DNA of 64,000 nucleotides from Veleropilina oligotropha (Eukaryota): NCBI GenBank assembly GCA_048128005.1, contig JBEUKZ010000036.1, positions 1 to 64,000 of the forward strand, read 5' to 3'. Shown piece by piece: positions 25,102 to 36,496 of this stretch (position 1 is its first letter; each line of letters starts with the position of its first letter). The notes under the pieces were generated by a model. It saw only the letters and a program-made list of their open reading frames with translations, ran no database searches and was not told where the DNA came from. The position numbers and the translations under genes were made by a program.

Positions 25102-26364
25102 TATGCAGCTGCGCGTCCATTATCACGAACATGTAGACGTTCAACGGGCCGGCGGCTTCGCCTGTCTTCGTGATCTGAATCGTAATGCCCTCGCTGGCGT
25201 TATCTACTTTCAGGCCTGACCCATGCAGCTCGTCGTCGTCGGTTACGCGCAGGTCGATCCAGAGTGCGAACTTTTTCGTCAGAAACGCACCAAGGGTGAC
25301 GTCCGCCAGCGCCAAGTCCTTGGCAACCATCGCGACCTCAGGATGGCGTTTGCTGATCGGAGAGGAGGCGAAGAATCTCCTGGCTTCGTCCCACATCTGG
25401 TAGGAACGCATGCCCTGGCTGTACAGTTGATTCGGCACACCCTCAATAGTGACCTCGACCTTTGTGATCTTCGGATTGTAGAAGGCCTCGGTGTCCCTCG
25501 CGAATGGTACGGCGTCTCTCGCGGGATCCTCGAACAGAAATAGGATACCCTTCATGGATTTCGCCGGTACATTCAAATTTAAATTCCACAAAGTATCACT
25601 CTTGTCTCTCGTAATCTTACGATGCCGCAGGACACGATCGTACAGGATCACGAGGCGGCCCGAGTATTGGTTTTTTATCGATCTGGCAAGCTCAAGATTA
25701 GTGACCATGTCGTATTCCAGGCTGATATTGTCGATGACGTAGCTGGAGCTGGGGTCATCGGTGTCCCTGATTGTCCGGGAGTAGTCGTTGAACGTAAGCT
25801 CGTACTCAAGACGGTCCCCCAACGCACTTTGGTAGAACGGCATGTGGCTCTCCAGCAACTCGAAATCCAGCGGGATGCGGAACCTTGGGCCGTACGCGTC
25901 CGATATAGCTGTGTCCTCAGAACGTCTGAATGCGCCCTCAGCGCCGACACGGTTCTTCGTAGTGTTGTGGCTGTCACTGGTATCAATACCCTGATATTGG
26001 GCATTCTTGCGCTCCCCTGCGGTCTTCCAGAGATCGCAGTAGCAGTGGTACACGTCGGAGTCATCTATAGACATGACTTCGTTTCCACTAATCTTAATCG
26101 TGGTCTTTTTGATCACGGCGCGTCCGATATTCTGAACTACAGTTCTGTTCGGGTTAGCCGAGGTCAGATAAATGCGAGGTGGGCCGTCCCTGGCACGATT
26201 ACGTCGTGAGTCCCGAGATTCGGGAACCGAACCAACAGCTGCTGGTTCGCAGCAATAGTGGATGGGTTGTTCGTTATCGTGACCGACTGGCGGACCCCTT
26301 TCACCCCAAGAGGCTCTCGAAGTCTGCGGTATGGATTCAACATGCGTCCATACGTGCTGGCCAT
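25067..26364 (-). CDS. Putative double-jelly-roll major capsid protein, split by a frameshift near 26165 (ORFs 26364-26164 and 26116-25067)
   Basis: ~430 aa when joined, beta-rich. N-terminal NNPSTI..QQLLVRFP, middle IPLDFELL..HMPFYQSAL..RLEYELTF..NISLEYD. Size and position next to the ATPase fit a Polinton-type MCP; the fold is inferred. Confidence 0.75.
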
Positions 26365-26376
26365 GTTGTTGTCGCT

Positions 26377-27710
26377 ATGGCTGATTTAGATGCGTATCCC
26401 AGCTTGAGTATTCAAATGGCGGAATTTGAGAACCCCACATTCGAGCCCGACATCGTCGACGATGATGGTGAGGTTGGATCCACGGACTGGATTGAGCCTG
26501 TTCTTTCGGAACGGCCACAGGAAGGAACCAGCAGTCAGCGGCAAGAGTTAGTGAAGGACGCGGTTGATGGCTACTACGAAGCCCTGTTGGAGGAGGGGCA
26601 GACCCCGCCCCCGTGGCGTGATTATTCCCAGTTCGAGTACGTGGAGGAGGGATTGCGGCTGAAGAAATATCCAAACATCGATCTCATCAATTCTAGAACG
26701 AAAAAACCCAATGCTTTGTCAACACTAGCTAACCGGAGAGGTGGGGGTAAAGCGATCAGAAAGGGGTTGGGTTTTGAACACTGGACGCGGCCAGAGAAGC
26801 GGGGGAAAGGGGGACAAAAGCTGTCTTCAAACGCCGTTGCAGCTCTGCAGACAGCCAACAATGAGTTGAGCGGTGCGGCGGCCAACGTAGACAACGTGGA
26901 ACTGCAGGACTTGGGGCAGACCGCGACAAAGGCCTCAGCTGCGATCCACAACATGGAGACGACGTTCACCGATGCTGAAGTTGAAGAGTTCTTGAACTCG
27001 GTGGAGGGGGACCCCCCTCCATTCAATCTTCGTGAGCTTCGTGGGCTGGACAAGGCGATGCAGACCATTCGAGGCGAGCTCACTAACAACTTAGCCAAAC
27101 TAACGGCGCTGGACGAACACATAGAGCTGGAGAAGAGCAAGCTCGATCAGGCAGATGAAGAGGGCGGTGTGGAAGATTTTGTACGTCGACGGATCGCGGA
27201 ACGTCTGAGCAACTTAAACGATGAACGAGCAGCCCGCCTCGAGGCAGCCGGATCCAGCCGGGAGGCCCTACGCTCTCAAATCAGCCGGATCCGAGAGATG
27301 CTCAATCGGATTCTCCACTCTGACACAACGCTGGCCGAGCGTATCCGGACCCTATTTCGCGAGCAGGGGGTTACGATCGCAACAATACTGACCGCTATTG
27401 GGTTGGCTATCTCGACTTTGGTACTAGCCCTGACAGGCGGAGCGCCGAGCATCGCACCAACACCACCACCTCCCAGTGGTCAGGGGGGGTCAAGGAGTGG
27501 GTCAAAAAGCAGCTGCAGAACCTGGGATGGATTCTAGGCAAACTAGCGGGGAAGGCCGCAGCCGCGCTCCCCGGAATACTTGGAAGCCTGATTTCCTGGC
27601 TAATCAATCTGGTTGGCAAGACTGCGTCGTGGCTCGCCGAGAATCTGTGGGCTGTGATTATATCTGTTGGGGGCTTGCTTCTTATTGCCGCTAGACAGTG
27701 GGTCACGTAA
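26377..27710 (+). CDS. Coiled-coil protein with C-terminal hydrophobic/amphipathic helices (frameshift in the G-run at 27483-27489)
   Basis: Long heptad-like region, then TIATILTAIGLAISTLVLAL. Adding one G continues VKEWVKKQLQNLGWILGKLAGKAAAALPGILGSLISWL..LLLIAARQWVT* to 27710. Confidence 0.7.
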
Positions 27711-28980
27711 GCCAGATGAACGCTAGGCCAACGACAATGCCGCCCACGATAAGTGCGGTTTTCTCCTCGTCATGTGCCACAGCTACCGCTGGAACAGCTA
27801 CAGCCAGCTCAGCGTTTGGATGCTTCAGAGTGACTACCGGTATGCTTGCATCTGCGTCTTGTGGAATAACCAGTCCTGTTTCTCCAGTATCCCCAGCGGC
27901 GTTGGGCGGCACACTGGCCGCGTTGACCGTCGTATTAAGACCGAGTGTCTGGTCTTCCGTGGCGACGACGATCTCATTGTTATAACCAGCCACCTGCCCG
28001 ATCCGTAGAAGCATGTTACTTGGCGCCATGTACAGGCCAACGCCGAATACGAAGTCCACTTTGGACCTCGCATACTGGAGCACCTCTTGGTACCGTTTGA
28101 TGGTTGATGGCAGATCAACTGGCGATGCGATGGCGTCCTCGACGTTCGCCAGGTACTGTTTCTGTGCGTCAAACGCCGTCCCACTACCCAGAATGCCTGC
28201 ACGCGTTTGAGCCTGCGCTCCGAGAATCGCCCAGACGTAGGTCCTGATGGAGTCATTGAGCCTCTCCACGCCGGCCCGGGTGAATCCCGCCGACTTGTCC
28301 AGAATAAAGGAAGCCCAGCCGTTTGAAAGCGCAGGCGCTTGCGCGATGTAGTCCACGTGCAGATTCGTGTTGGTCGTACCTTTGGTGAATGACATTCGGC
28401 TGGGATCGTACTCACGTCCTATGGGGTGGTAGCCGTTGTTCGTCCAGTAGCTGTAAGCGGTGCCTAGTCCGCCGTTGGGACCCTTGACACGTCAGTCGGT
28501 ATGTGGGGACACTCCGAATTCGCTGCAGATCTTTTCATATGCCCTTCGGTCATACGGGGTGTCGAATGCATCCCACGTCCGGTCTTGTGGCAGCGGCGCC
28601 CGAATCTCGGTCAAGATCCTTCTGACCTGATAGTAGACGTGGAAGGTGAATACAGCAGTGGAGAGGGCTGCAGTAGCATTCAAGTGGTCTTCTGAGGAGA
28701 TCCCAGAACCCGTTGTGGCACACCATACTGCGAAATTGACCTTGTTCTGCCAAAATCGCATCGGCATACTGTGCCAGGCCTGGATCACTCGATCACTCGC
28801 GACATGTGGGAGGCGATACTTTTGAAAGACGTCGGGGTAGTCTGCCCCGAATGCAGTGGTTGAGCTATTACCCACATTGATGCTTGGTCTCGTAAGCTAC
28901 TCATCTTTGATCTTTGCTGGGTACACCACACCGCTCGGATAGGCCACACTCCTATTGAACACAAATGCGCTCTTAGCCAT
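27703..28980 (-). CDS. Hypothetical viral protein with C-terminal TM anchor, disrupted (in-frame TAG ~28898, frameshift ~28490)
   Basis: ATG 28980 is in frame with ORF 28875-28492 (RFWQNKVNFAVWCATTG). It continues into ORF 28395-27703, which ends ALIVGGIVVGLAFIWLT. Confidence 0.6.
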
Positions 28981-28987
28981 AGCTACT

Positions 28988-29732
28988 ATGTTCCATACAT
29001 TAAAGAGTGTTCAAGATGGGACCGCGGTTGCCCTCCTGGAGCCGATTGATAACCGGGACGGCAAGCTATGTGTCAGCTTGCAGTCACTCGACTATTGGGT
29101 CGGCTGGCACAACGTCCACGCCGGAGCCTTCTTCCAGACCCCCAATACCACGGTCGAGGTAGCACCGGGTTTCTACAGCTTCGATTCCCTCGCCAAGACA
29201 CTGAAGAGGTCGCTAGGTAACATACAGCTATCTGTAAGCCATGATACAGGGCTCGCCCGAATCGTTGTCCCAGAGGGGACCCGACTAGCGATAAGCGACG
29301 ATATCAGGAAACTCCTCGGACTCAACCTTTCTTCGTTCATCCTCGATAAATCGGGGAATCTGAACCCTCCCCTTCGCACCGGAGTACAGGGCGATCCACC
29401 CCCCCCCTCCGGAGAGATCCGAGTGGCTACGCCCTGGGACTTATGACGGGAACAAGCCTGTCGGGTTTGCCATAGCGCCGACCCTGCACTTCCACCTGGA
29501 GCAGCTCAGTACGACACACAATGTGAAGGACGGCGCCCCGAGCAATATTCTCGCGGTGGTCCCTATAACGTCGCAGATATTCGGCGAGGCTGGCCACTAC
29601 CACAGGCATCCCGCCGGCCGGCGACTACAGGCCGGGATTATCACAGAGTTGAAGGTGTACGTCACAGATGCAGACAGTAACCCGATCGACAATCACGGCA
29701 TGCCAATATCCGCAGTCCTTGCGATACAATGA
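28988..29732 (+). CDS. Putative minor capsid (penton, single jelly-roll) protein, frameshifted near the C-run at 29399-29408
   Basis: VSLQSLDYWVGWHNV..PGFYSF..LLGL, then DGAPSNILAVVP..G.ITELKVYVTDADSNPIDNHGMPISAVLAI, resembling Polinton-type penton C-termini. Confidence 0.65.
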
Positions 29733-30091
29733 GCAGCAGCATCTATGGGACCCTGCGGGCAGATGAGCCCTCTTCCCCGACCCGGTGGCACTTTGTTCTT
29801 AATTGTGGAGAAGCACCCAAGAAGAAGGGACTGGCGAAGAGGGAGTTCCTTCTTCCCAATAATGGAGGCCGGTTTGGGTTGAACCCAGCCCTCCTAATGA
29901 TTCACATGACGCCGGTCCAGCCCGCCGGGGGCCCCAAAGCATGTTCCATAAGTACGCTTGGCCTGAATTCGGACAGGCTGACCCTCGCCTTCGTCGTTAA
30001 GGCCCCGTGGGTTGGCACTCTGTATTTGAACGTTTCCGTAACGGTAGACATTCGGAATCAACAGGCTGAACAATACAGCCACGAACAATGA
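29729..30091 (+). CDS. Hypothetical viral protein (120 aa)
   Basis: ATGA start/stop overlaps with both neighbours. Confidence 0.55.
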   Translation: MSSSIYGTLRADEPSSPTRWHFVLNCGEAPKKKGLAKREFLLPNNGGRFGLNPALLMIHMTPVQPAGGPKACSISTLGLNSDRLTLAFVVKAPWVGTLYLNVSVTVDIRNQQAEQYSHEQ

Positions 30092-30720
30092 ACAACAAGC
30101 CCTCAGCGCCAACGCTGTACCCACAGCTTGGTGGCGATGTGCCTTCGGAACTGCCGGAGGCACAGTCTTTCCGACTACAGAAAGTGAATGAGCTTCAGGG
30201 ACAGCTAGAGCGAGAGAGAGACGCAAGAGCTGCACTGTACAAGAAGTACCGCAGAGGTGTTAACGTCGTTGACGGGATAGATAACGGACTAGTCGTCGCC
30301 ACCCTTGGTATGGGTAGCGCTGGAATTGGACTGTTGTCCACGATCGTTGCTGCACCTGTTGTCCTAGTGCTGGAATTAGCGGCATTAGGGTGTGGGCTCG
30401 CCAGTATGGGTGGGAAATATATCAGCCGACGCCTCGGGGTGAAAGCTAAGAAGCACGACGAGATCAGAGTACTGGCCGACAGCAAGCTGAATACCATAAC
30501 CGACCACGTCTCAAAGGCCTTAGCGGATGGGGTGATGTCTGATGATGATTTCCAACTGGTCACAGGGGAGATGGAGAAATACCAAGCCATGAAGGCATCA
30601 ATTCGGGATAAGAGTAGGAAGGCGCACACCACGATTTCACAGACCCAGAGCGAGCTTATTGAGCGTGGTCGTTTAGAGGGTCGCGCAGAGCTGCTGAAAA
30701 AAATCGGAGCTGGCGACTAA
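30088..30720 (+). CDS. Coiled-coil plus hydrophobic-hairpin protein (210 aa)
   Basis: FRLQKVNELQGQLERE coiled coil, Gly-rich hydrophobic hairpin (LVVATLGMGSAGIGLLSTIVAAPVVLVLE), then KKHDEI..SKLNTI..SKAL.DG.MS helical domain. Confidence 0.7.
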   Translation: MNNKPSAPTLYPQLGGDVPSELPEAQSFRLQKVNELQGQLERERDARAALYKKYRRGVNVVDGIDNGLVVATLGMGSAGIGLLSTIVAAPVVLVLELAALGCGLASMGGKYISRRLGVKAKKHDEIRVLADSKLNTITDHVSKALADGVMSDDDFQLVTGEMEKYQAMKASIRDKSRKAHTTISQTQSELIERGRLEGRAELLKKIGAGD

Positions 30721-30805
30721 CTATCCAGGTTGAGCGTAGCCACGACTACCCCCCTCCCCCTCCCCCGTATTAAAGCTAGAAATCGACAGTGATATCTGGA
30801 CAACC

Positions 30806-31228
30806 ATGAAATCCATGCTACTTCTGTGCATTGCCGCGGTGTGCTGGCTAGGGGGTGTCTCTACCCAGGCGTCGAGACACGACACTGCATTAATTCTCGA
30901 ACATACGTGGGCTAGGTACCGAAATCATCCCAGGTATAACGCCCGATTTGACCCCCTGCGAAGAAACCTGTTACTACGCCTGGGAGATCCCCCCGCTGAG
31001 GTATCCCCACCATCGTGTCACTACTATGTTATCGGAGAGAATGACTGTAGCCCTGCCACACCCCCAGATACTGTCACATGTGTCCAGTGTTCGACCCCCT
31101 CCCTATGTCCTGGCAAAAATGGGGAGTATTACACCATGCTGTCTGGCTGCTTCGGTGTGTGGAGAAAAATCGGACATCACTCACCCTGTAATTGCACTTT
31201 AACATCGGGCAACTATATATTTATATAA
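30806..31228 (+). CDS. Secreted Cys-rich protein (140 aa)
   Basis: Signal peptide MKSMLLLCIAAVCWLGGVSTQA; 8 Cys in the C-terminal half. Confidence 0.6.
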   Translation: MKSMLLLCIAAVCWLGGVSTQASRHDTALILEHTWARYRNHPRYNARFDPLRRNLLLRLGDPPAEVSPPSCHYYVIGENDCSPATPPDTVTCVQCSTPSLCPGKNGEYYTMLSGCFGVWRKIGHHSPCNCTLTSGNYIFI

Positions 31229-31800
31229 ATATATAGCCGGCCGGCTGTCTATTGTTGACTATCCAGTACAGCATAGCGTTTCGCTTCGCGTATCTCGGGG
31301 ATTCCCCCTGCCCGCAATGACTTAAAACCATGAAACAATAGACGCCTATAGCATAATGGGTTTCTCAGCGGTTATGAATGAAGCGCTTCGCCTTTATAAA
31401 TATCTGGCTATGCCATGTCTTTACAAATATCTCGTCGCGCCTATTATTCCATTGTTACTCTCGCTCACAAGCAGCTAGGCTGACCCTGTTAAAAATCGAT
31501 TTTGTGAAACGCATTTCTCGTGGCACAGATAAGAAGAGATTCGCTCCAGATTTGTCATGTCAGCGACAAATCGGTAACCAATGTTTTGGTTTCACAAGAT
31601 TCAGTTACCAGAAAAAAAATTCGTTACAGCTTTCTGGCTGACACTGCAGCTTTTGAGCTAAGTCATTGTCACGTGGCAATACAACTTCTCGAGAATGAGA
31701 TCACTAGGTCAGCCACGGGCTATGAATACACCATTGACACAATACCATCGACACATAGACTATTCTAAGCTGCCATAGTTTCGATAGACGCGCTCTGTAC

Positions 31801-31987
31801 ACACGGTAACTTTTTGTAATACACGCTATACCCTGGGGTCTGAAAGGGTGCTGGGAGCCTCCACGGCGGCCGCCCCGCCCCTAGTCTACACCCCCTAGTT
31901 CCCCCCAGTACAACCCTATCAGTTCTGAAATAGTGCTGGGAGCTTTATTTTTCCATTCTAAAAGGTATGGTCACCCCCCCTGCTGCT
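31801..31987 (-). repeat. Right TIR of the Polinton-like element
   Basis: Reverse complement of 16885-17071, followed by TSD AGGTC. Confidence 0.95.
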
Positions 31988-32002
31988 AGGTCTTTAAATG
32001 AA

Positions 32003-32497
32003 AACAAGAGGTCTTTCGACCTATATAGCTCCGCCGGAAAGGGTTCAACAATATAGTCAAACAACTTAAGAAATTTGGGCAGCACTTTCCCATGTAGCCT
32101 ATATATAATAGCATACCAATATGCAGGACAGCTGTCTTAACAAAGTCCGAATTTCAGCAAAACTGATACGTACATTTTTTATAATATTTACAAGATAAGT
32201 TAAACACATCATAAGGAAGGCTCATGCCAATTAATACAAAAGTTATCTGACAGTTTCGGAGATATTCACATTTGAAGTCAAAATTTGTCCCAGAAGCGGA
32301 TTTTCTAAGTCCAAAAATTTAAATTTCAGAAAAATGGAGACGTAGAATTTTCTAATAATTTCGGGATATGTTCAGAAAATCATAAGGAAGGCTCATGCCA
32401 AAGTAGAAAAAAAGTTATAGCACAGTTTTGAAGATATTCACATTTCAAGGCAAAAGTTGACGCCGGACAAGACTCTATACGTCACAGCGGAGCTAAC
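32003..32497 (+). mobile_element. HINE-like non-autonomous element with an internal ~180-bp duplication
   Basis: AACAAGAGGTC..ATAGCTCCGC head and GCGGAGCTAA end; duplicated CATAAGGAAGGCTCATGCCAA unit. Confidence 0.45.
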
Positions 32498-32905
32498 AAC
32501 TGGCACACCTACTGCAACATATAAAAAGTCTACAAAACGACCACCAGAATTTACAGATGACGCAAGTGTACATGCGACTCGGGTGGAAAAGCTTACGATA
32601 TCTCTTTATACGATTCTAATTACGCTCGCTTCCGAAGGAGAAGACGAGGGTATTGTATTGGGCTCCGTATGTGTGTCTGTCCGAATGTCATCATATCTCA
32701 AAAATAGATGGTCGCAATGCCACCATTTAGCTCGCCTGATGTGCTTCTTTCAAAATATAAACTTATCTTTGATTGGTTGTGTTCCCATACGTAATACTTT
32801 ATCAATGATACACATGTTTAAATCACATCTTTAAATTATTTGATTGATTTGCAATGGAATTTATTTAAAAATTTAACAGATAATTTGAACACTGGCCAAT
32901 TGACC

Positions 32906-33430
32906 AGAGTGATATTAGACACGGGACACAGTCTGCTCTTGTAATGGCAACATGAACTGCCGTTCCACGATACCTTTGGAATGAATCAATGGGACGACAG
33001 GTTTCAAAATAAGTTTAATTTCCGATTTTGATAATCCAGCATCACAGAGGAATGATGCTTAATGTCCTGTATATTTACAACATCGAGGTTCAAGGCAGGA
33101 CACCCCAGTCGCCCGGGTAAACCCGCCCTCTTCGGCCAGTCACGGACAACTGTGATTCATAACTTGAACAAATTTCAATGCCTCAGCCAGGTATTGAACC
33201 CACTACTGTTCGCATTAGCGGAATCAAGCCAGTGAATTTAGAGTGGACACTCTGACCCACTGCGCTGCCGAAGCGGCCCATCACAGAGTGACCATTAAGC
33301 TTAACAGATTACTGTGCCTATTGGCAATGAGCAAGTCTTACGGATAAGCAAATGTCAGTTGTCATTGTATTCACATAATTTTAATATAAGTATACAAAAA
33401 GCAAATATATTCTTCTAAAAGTCCATTTCT
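32906..33430 (+). repeat. Dispersed repeat (further copies at ~45850-46200 and ~50478-50830), here interrupted by a SINE
   Basis: Shared core TCACAGAGTGACCATTAAGCTTAACAG..CCTATTGGCA.TGAGCAAGTCTTAC. Confidence 0.75.
33050..33278 (-). mobile_element. tRNA-derived SINE with 10-bp TSD CATCACAGAG
   Basis: Head GGGCCGCTTCGGCAGCGCAGTGG (A box) and GGTTCAATACC (B box). TSD on both sides. Paralogue at 14053-14308. Confidence 0.75.
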
Positions 33431-35392
33431 GTTCATATAAGAATGTTAATGCAAAATGCTCATTTTCAAGCTCCTCAGTAATATCTTCTATAGTTTGTCA
33501 AGCATTGCAGAAAAGAAATCATGTATTAAACAAGTTAATGTATCATATTTTCATCCTAAAATACTTTTCAGTAACATGTTTAATATATAATTATTATACT
33601 TGGTTGGTATATAATGCAATAAAATAAAAGTTGAACATATCTCATATAAGTACTTACCATTAAAGTATCATCTAAACATTTTCCTTAACGCAAAATCAAA
33701 GTTCATATAAAGCATGTTTCAGCCCCAAAATACCCACATAATGTACATACTACCATTAATAGCATAGTTATTAGTAGGAAGTGACCCACATATATATATA
33801 AAACTATTGGATATTAGATTCAATGCTTGAGATTAAAGTAGAAAAACTTCACATTCCTTAACACAAAAGTAAACCAGTTAAAAAATCACATTTTCATCCC
33901 CAAAATACTTCTCCAGTAACACGTTTAATTTAGAATTGGTACTTGGTTGGTAGGTCATATGATCCAATAAAATAAAAGTCGAATATATCTGATATAACTA
34001 CTTACCTAGATATAACTACTTAAAAATCATCATCTAAACATTTTCGTTAACGCAAAATCAAAGTTCATATAATTAAAGCATGTTTCAACACCCAAAATAC
34101 CTCAATAATGTACCTACTACCATTAATAATTAAAGTAGAAAAACTTCACATAAACATTTCCGTAACACAAAACTGGAGACACCGACGCCGACATACGAGA
34201 TGCTGATGACAATAGCTCGTATGTTCTTCGAACAGGCGAGCTAAAAACCATTGACCCGATTTTTTCTCCAAAATTCAACACAAGTTATGTTTCATCCTTA
34301 GCAATGTTCTCCTCGAAGATGATCCGGATAGGTACGCGGATACGGATGTTATGACGCAATGCCGGTTTTTGGATTTGGGGCTGTAGAGTAATAACGCTTC
34401 GCCACATAAAGTTCAAATAAACCTAAAATGTTCTTGGCATCATAGGGCACCGATACGATGAATTATCTAGCATTTACATTAAACAAGATGGCTGCCAAAG
34501 AGGGGACAAAAATGATTTGCCCACATTATTAAACCATGCATGTCCATTCGCATAACTCGAAAAGTATTGATCCGATTTCTTGAAATTTATACACAAGATA
34601 ATGTTGTATCCATGGCTCAGCCCTCCTCGAAGATGGTTCGGATTTTATGACGCAATTTCCGGATTACAGCGAATTGGTAGCAAATATTTTTTGTTCCGAA
34701 ATTAAAATCGGCGAGACGTTACGATATTCATGATAGCTCTTTAAATACTGCTAATGCCTGATTATAATTTACACCATTAAGCAAGGTTACTGTAAACTAC
34801 CTTTCCTGAAAATTTCAGGTACTAGTATATATCGCTTTAGTAACTATTGAGTTATTGCGAGTTAAGTATTGTCAACTTCGGTATTTGTTTATTGTAAGTT
34901 ATATGCATTAGAAGAAAGTAGTGACTTCAGCATAGGATTTAATTAGAACGTTGGATGATGATTTGATCGGTTAGCTCTCGCGATTATGTTACTGTTGGTG
35001 ACAGACAGTGTTGACACAATTGGAGGTAGGCCTACATTGTTTGGGTTTAGTAATACATTTTCTATACCCCTCCTTCTGCCATTTATAAAAGAGAGTTTCT
35101 CGAGTGACTGTCTGGTCTTGAGCGGTGACTTGGAAGTCAGAGTTACCAATCGCATTTGCACCTAACTGCATGGTCTGAGAGCGTTTGCAATCTCGGGATT
35201 GTCTTGTTATTCATGTAAAGTTTATGTCGTGGCACATATTTTGTTATTTAAGAAGCTTTCGACATGTAGCTGTAATCGATTGAATCCTTAATTTCGTGTA
35301 TATCTACAACTTCCAGGTTCAAATCATGCCCTTATTATCGCTCTTATCCACTATTGTTATGATGCGGGTTTTGGGTCATCATCGCATTCAAG

Positions 35393-35779
35393 ATGAGTGC
35401 CGTCAGAGGGATACTTTCTCGAGTTTTGGGCTCGAGAAATTTTTGCTCACCGAACGGAACAGCGAGCAGTCAACTTGATAAGTTGGAAAAGCTTCTCCCG
35501 TATATCTCTATCAAGACCAGAAACAACCCCAATATCATGCTCGGTGGCGACTTTAACATCGATTGGGAAACAGAGACAGCAGACCTCAAATCATTGCAAA
35601 AATCTGTTTGTGATGAGCTTATTCAGCTTCTGCGAGATCATCAGTCAACTCAGCAGCAACGTGAATCCACACGTAAAGATCGCCTGCTGGGTCTCTTCTG
35701 TACAAATAAGCCCTCGTTGGTGAAAGCCATGACCAATATCCCATGGATATCTGACCAGGACGCAATCGTCGCAGACTGA
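35393..35779 (+). pseudogene. LINE apurinic endonuclease (APE) domain fragment
   Basis: IMLGGDFN, STR..RLL.LFCTN and ISD.DAIV motifs. Confidence 0.75.
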
Positions 35780-36496
35780 CGTAGTTTTATGCATTCGAAT
35801 ATCGTATGTCATGAAGAAGCAGAAATCAAACCCACATCCTATAGTATTACTTATCATTAGCCGGACACTCGTCCAGTCGAGCTATCGAGGGCAGTTCCTT
35901 TGGCATAGTGACCTCATCTTTGAAATTAAGCAAAATATAATGTCACTGAATGTGTATATTATGCATGAATGTTAACTTGAATAAATCTCCAAACAATAAC
36001 CATTTGAAGACATATTTATTCGTTCATGGCCATTATACATGGGTGTATAAAAACAATGTGAGATTCTGCACCACAGAAACACTACAATCATTGCATTATG
36101 AGTCTCCGGAATGCATAAACACATGACCAATAATGAAAGTTACATCACATGAGATGATTCCATCAGAAATTAATACAAACACTTACATTTATTAAATTTT
36201 ATACTCTATTGGTGAAGATGATTATGAAGTGATCACGACAAAATATTCTTACAATCACATTTTTATCGACTTGTATCGATGCATCTTGATTATACATAAC
36301 ACAGATGGCAGTGTCAATGGTCACATTCACTGTATTTTGATTAATATCCTTTGTAAACCAAGTCTTTACCAAATACTTAGCTTTCATTTGTATATTAATA
36401 TCATACACTGTATAATACGGCAACATTATCGACAGAATCAACTCTATTAAATTTCAGTAAAACTTGCTATTGTTTACAATTTTGATCGCAAAACTA

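Larger units (their letters stand above)
16885..31987. mobile_element. Endogenous Polinton/Maverick-like (adintovirus-like) virus, 15,103 bp, full length
   Basis: 187-bp perfect TIRs, 5'-AGCAGCAG..CTGCTGCT-3' termini and AGGTC TSD (16880-16884, 31988-31992). Intronless, gene-dense and GC-richer than the flanks. Encodes integrase, ATPase, capsid-like and PolB-like genes. Confidence 0.93.

Noticed and set aside
26179..26376. N-terminal 66 aa of the 452-aa ORF
   Set aside because: Non-ATG start overlapping the MCP 5' end in antisense; the first ATG is at 26377.
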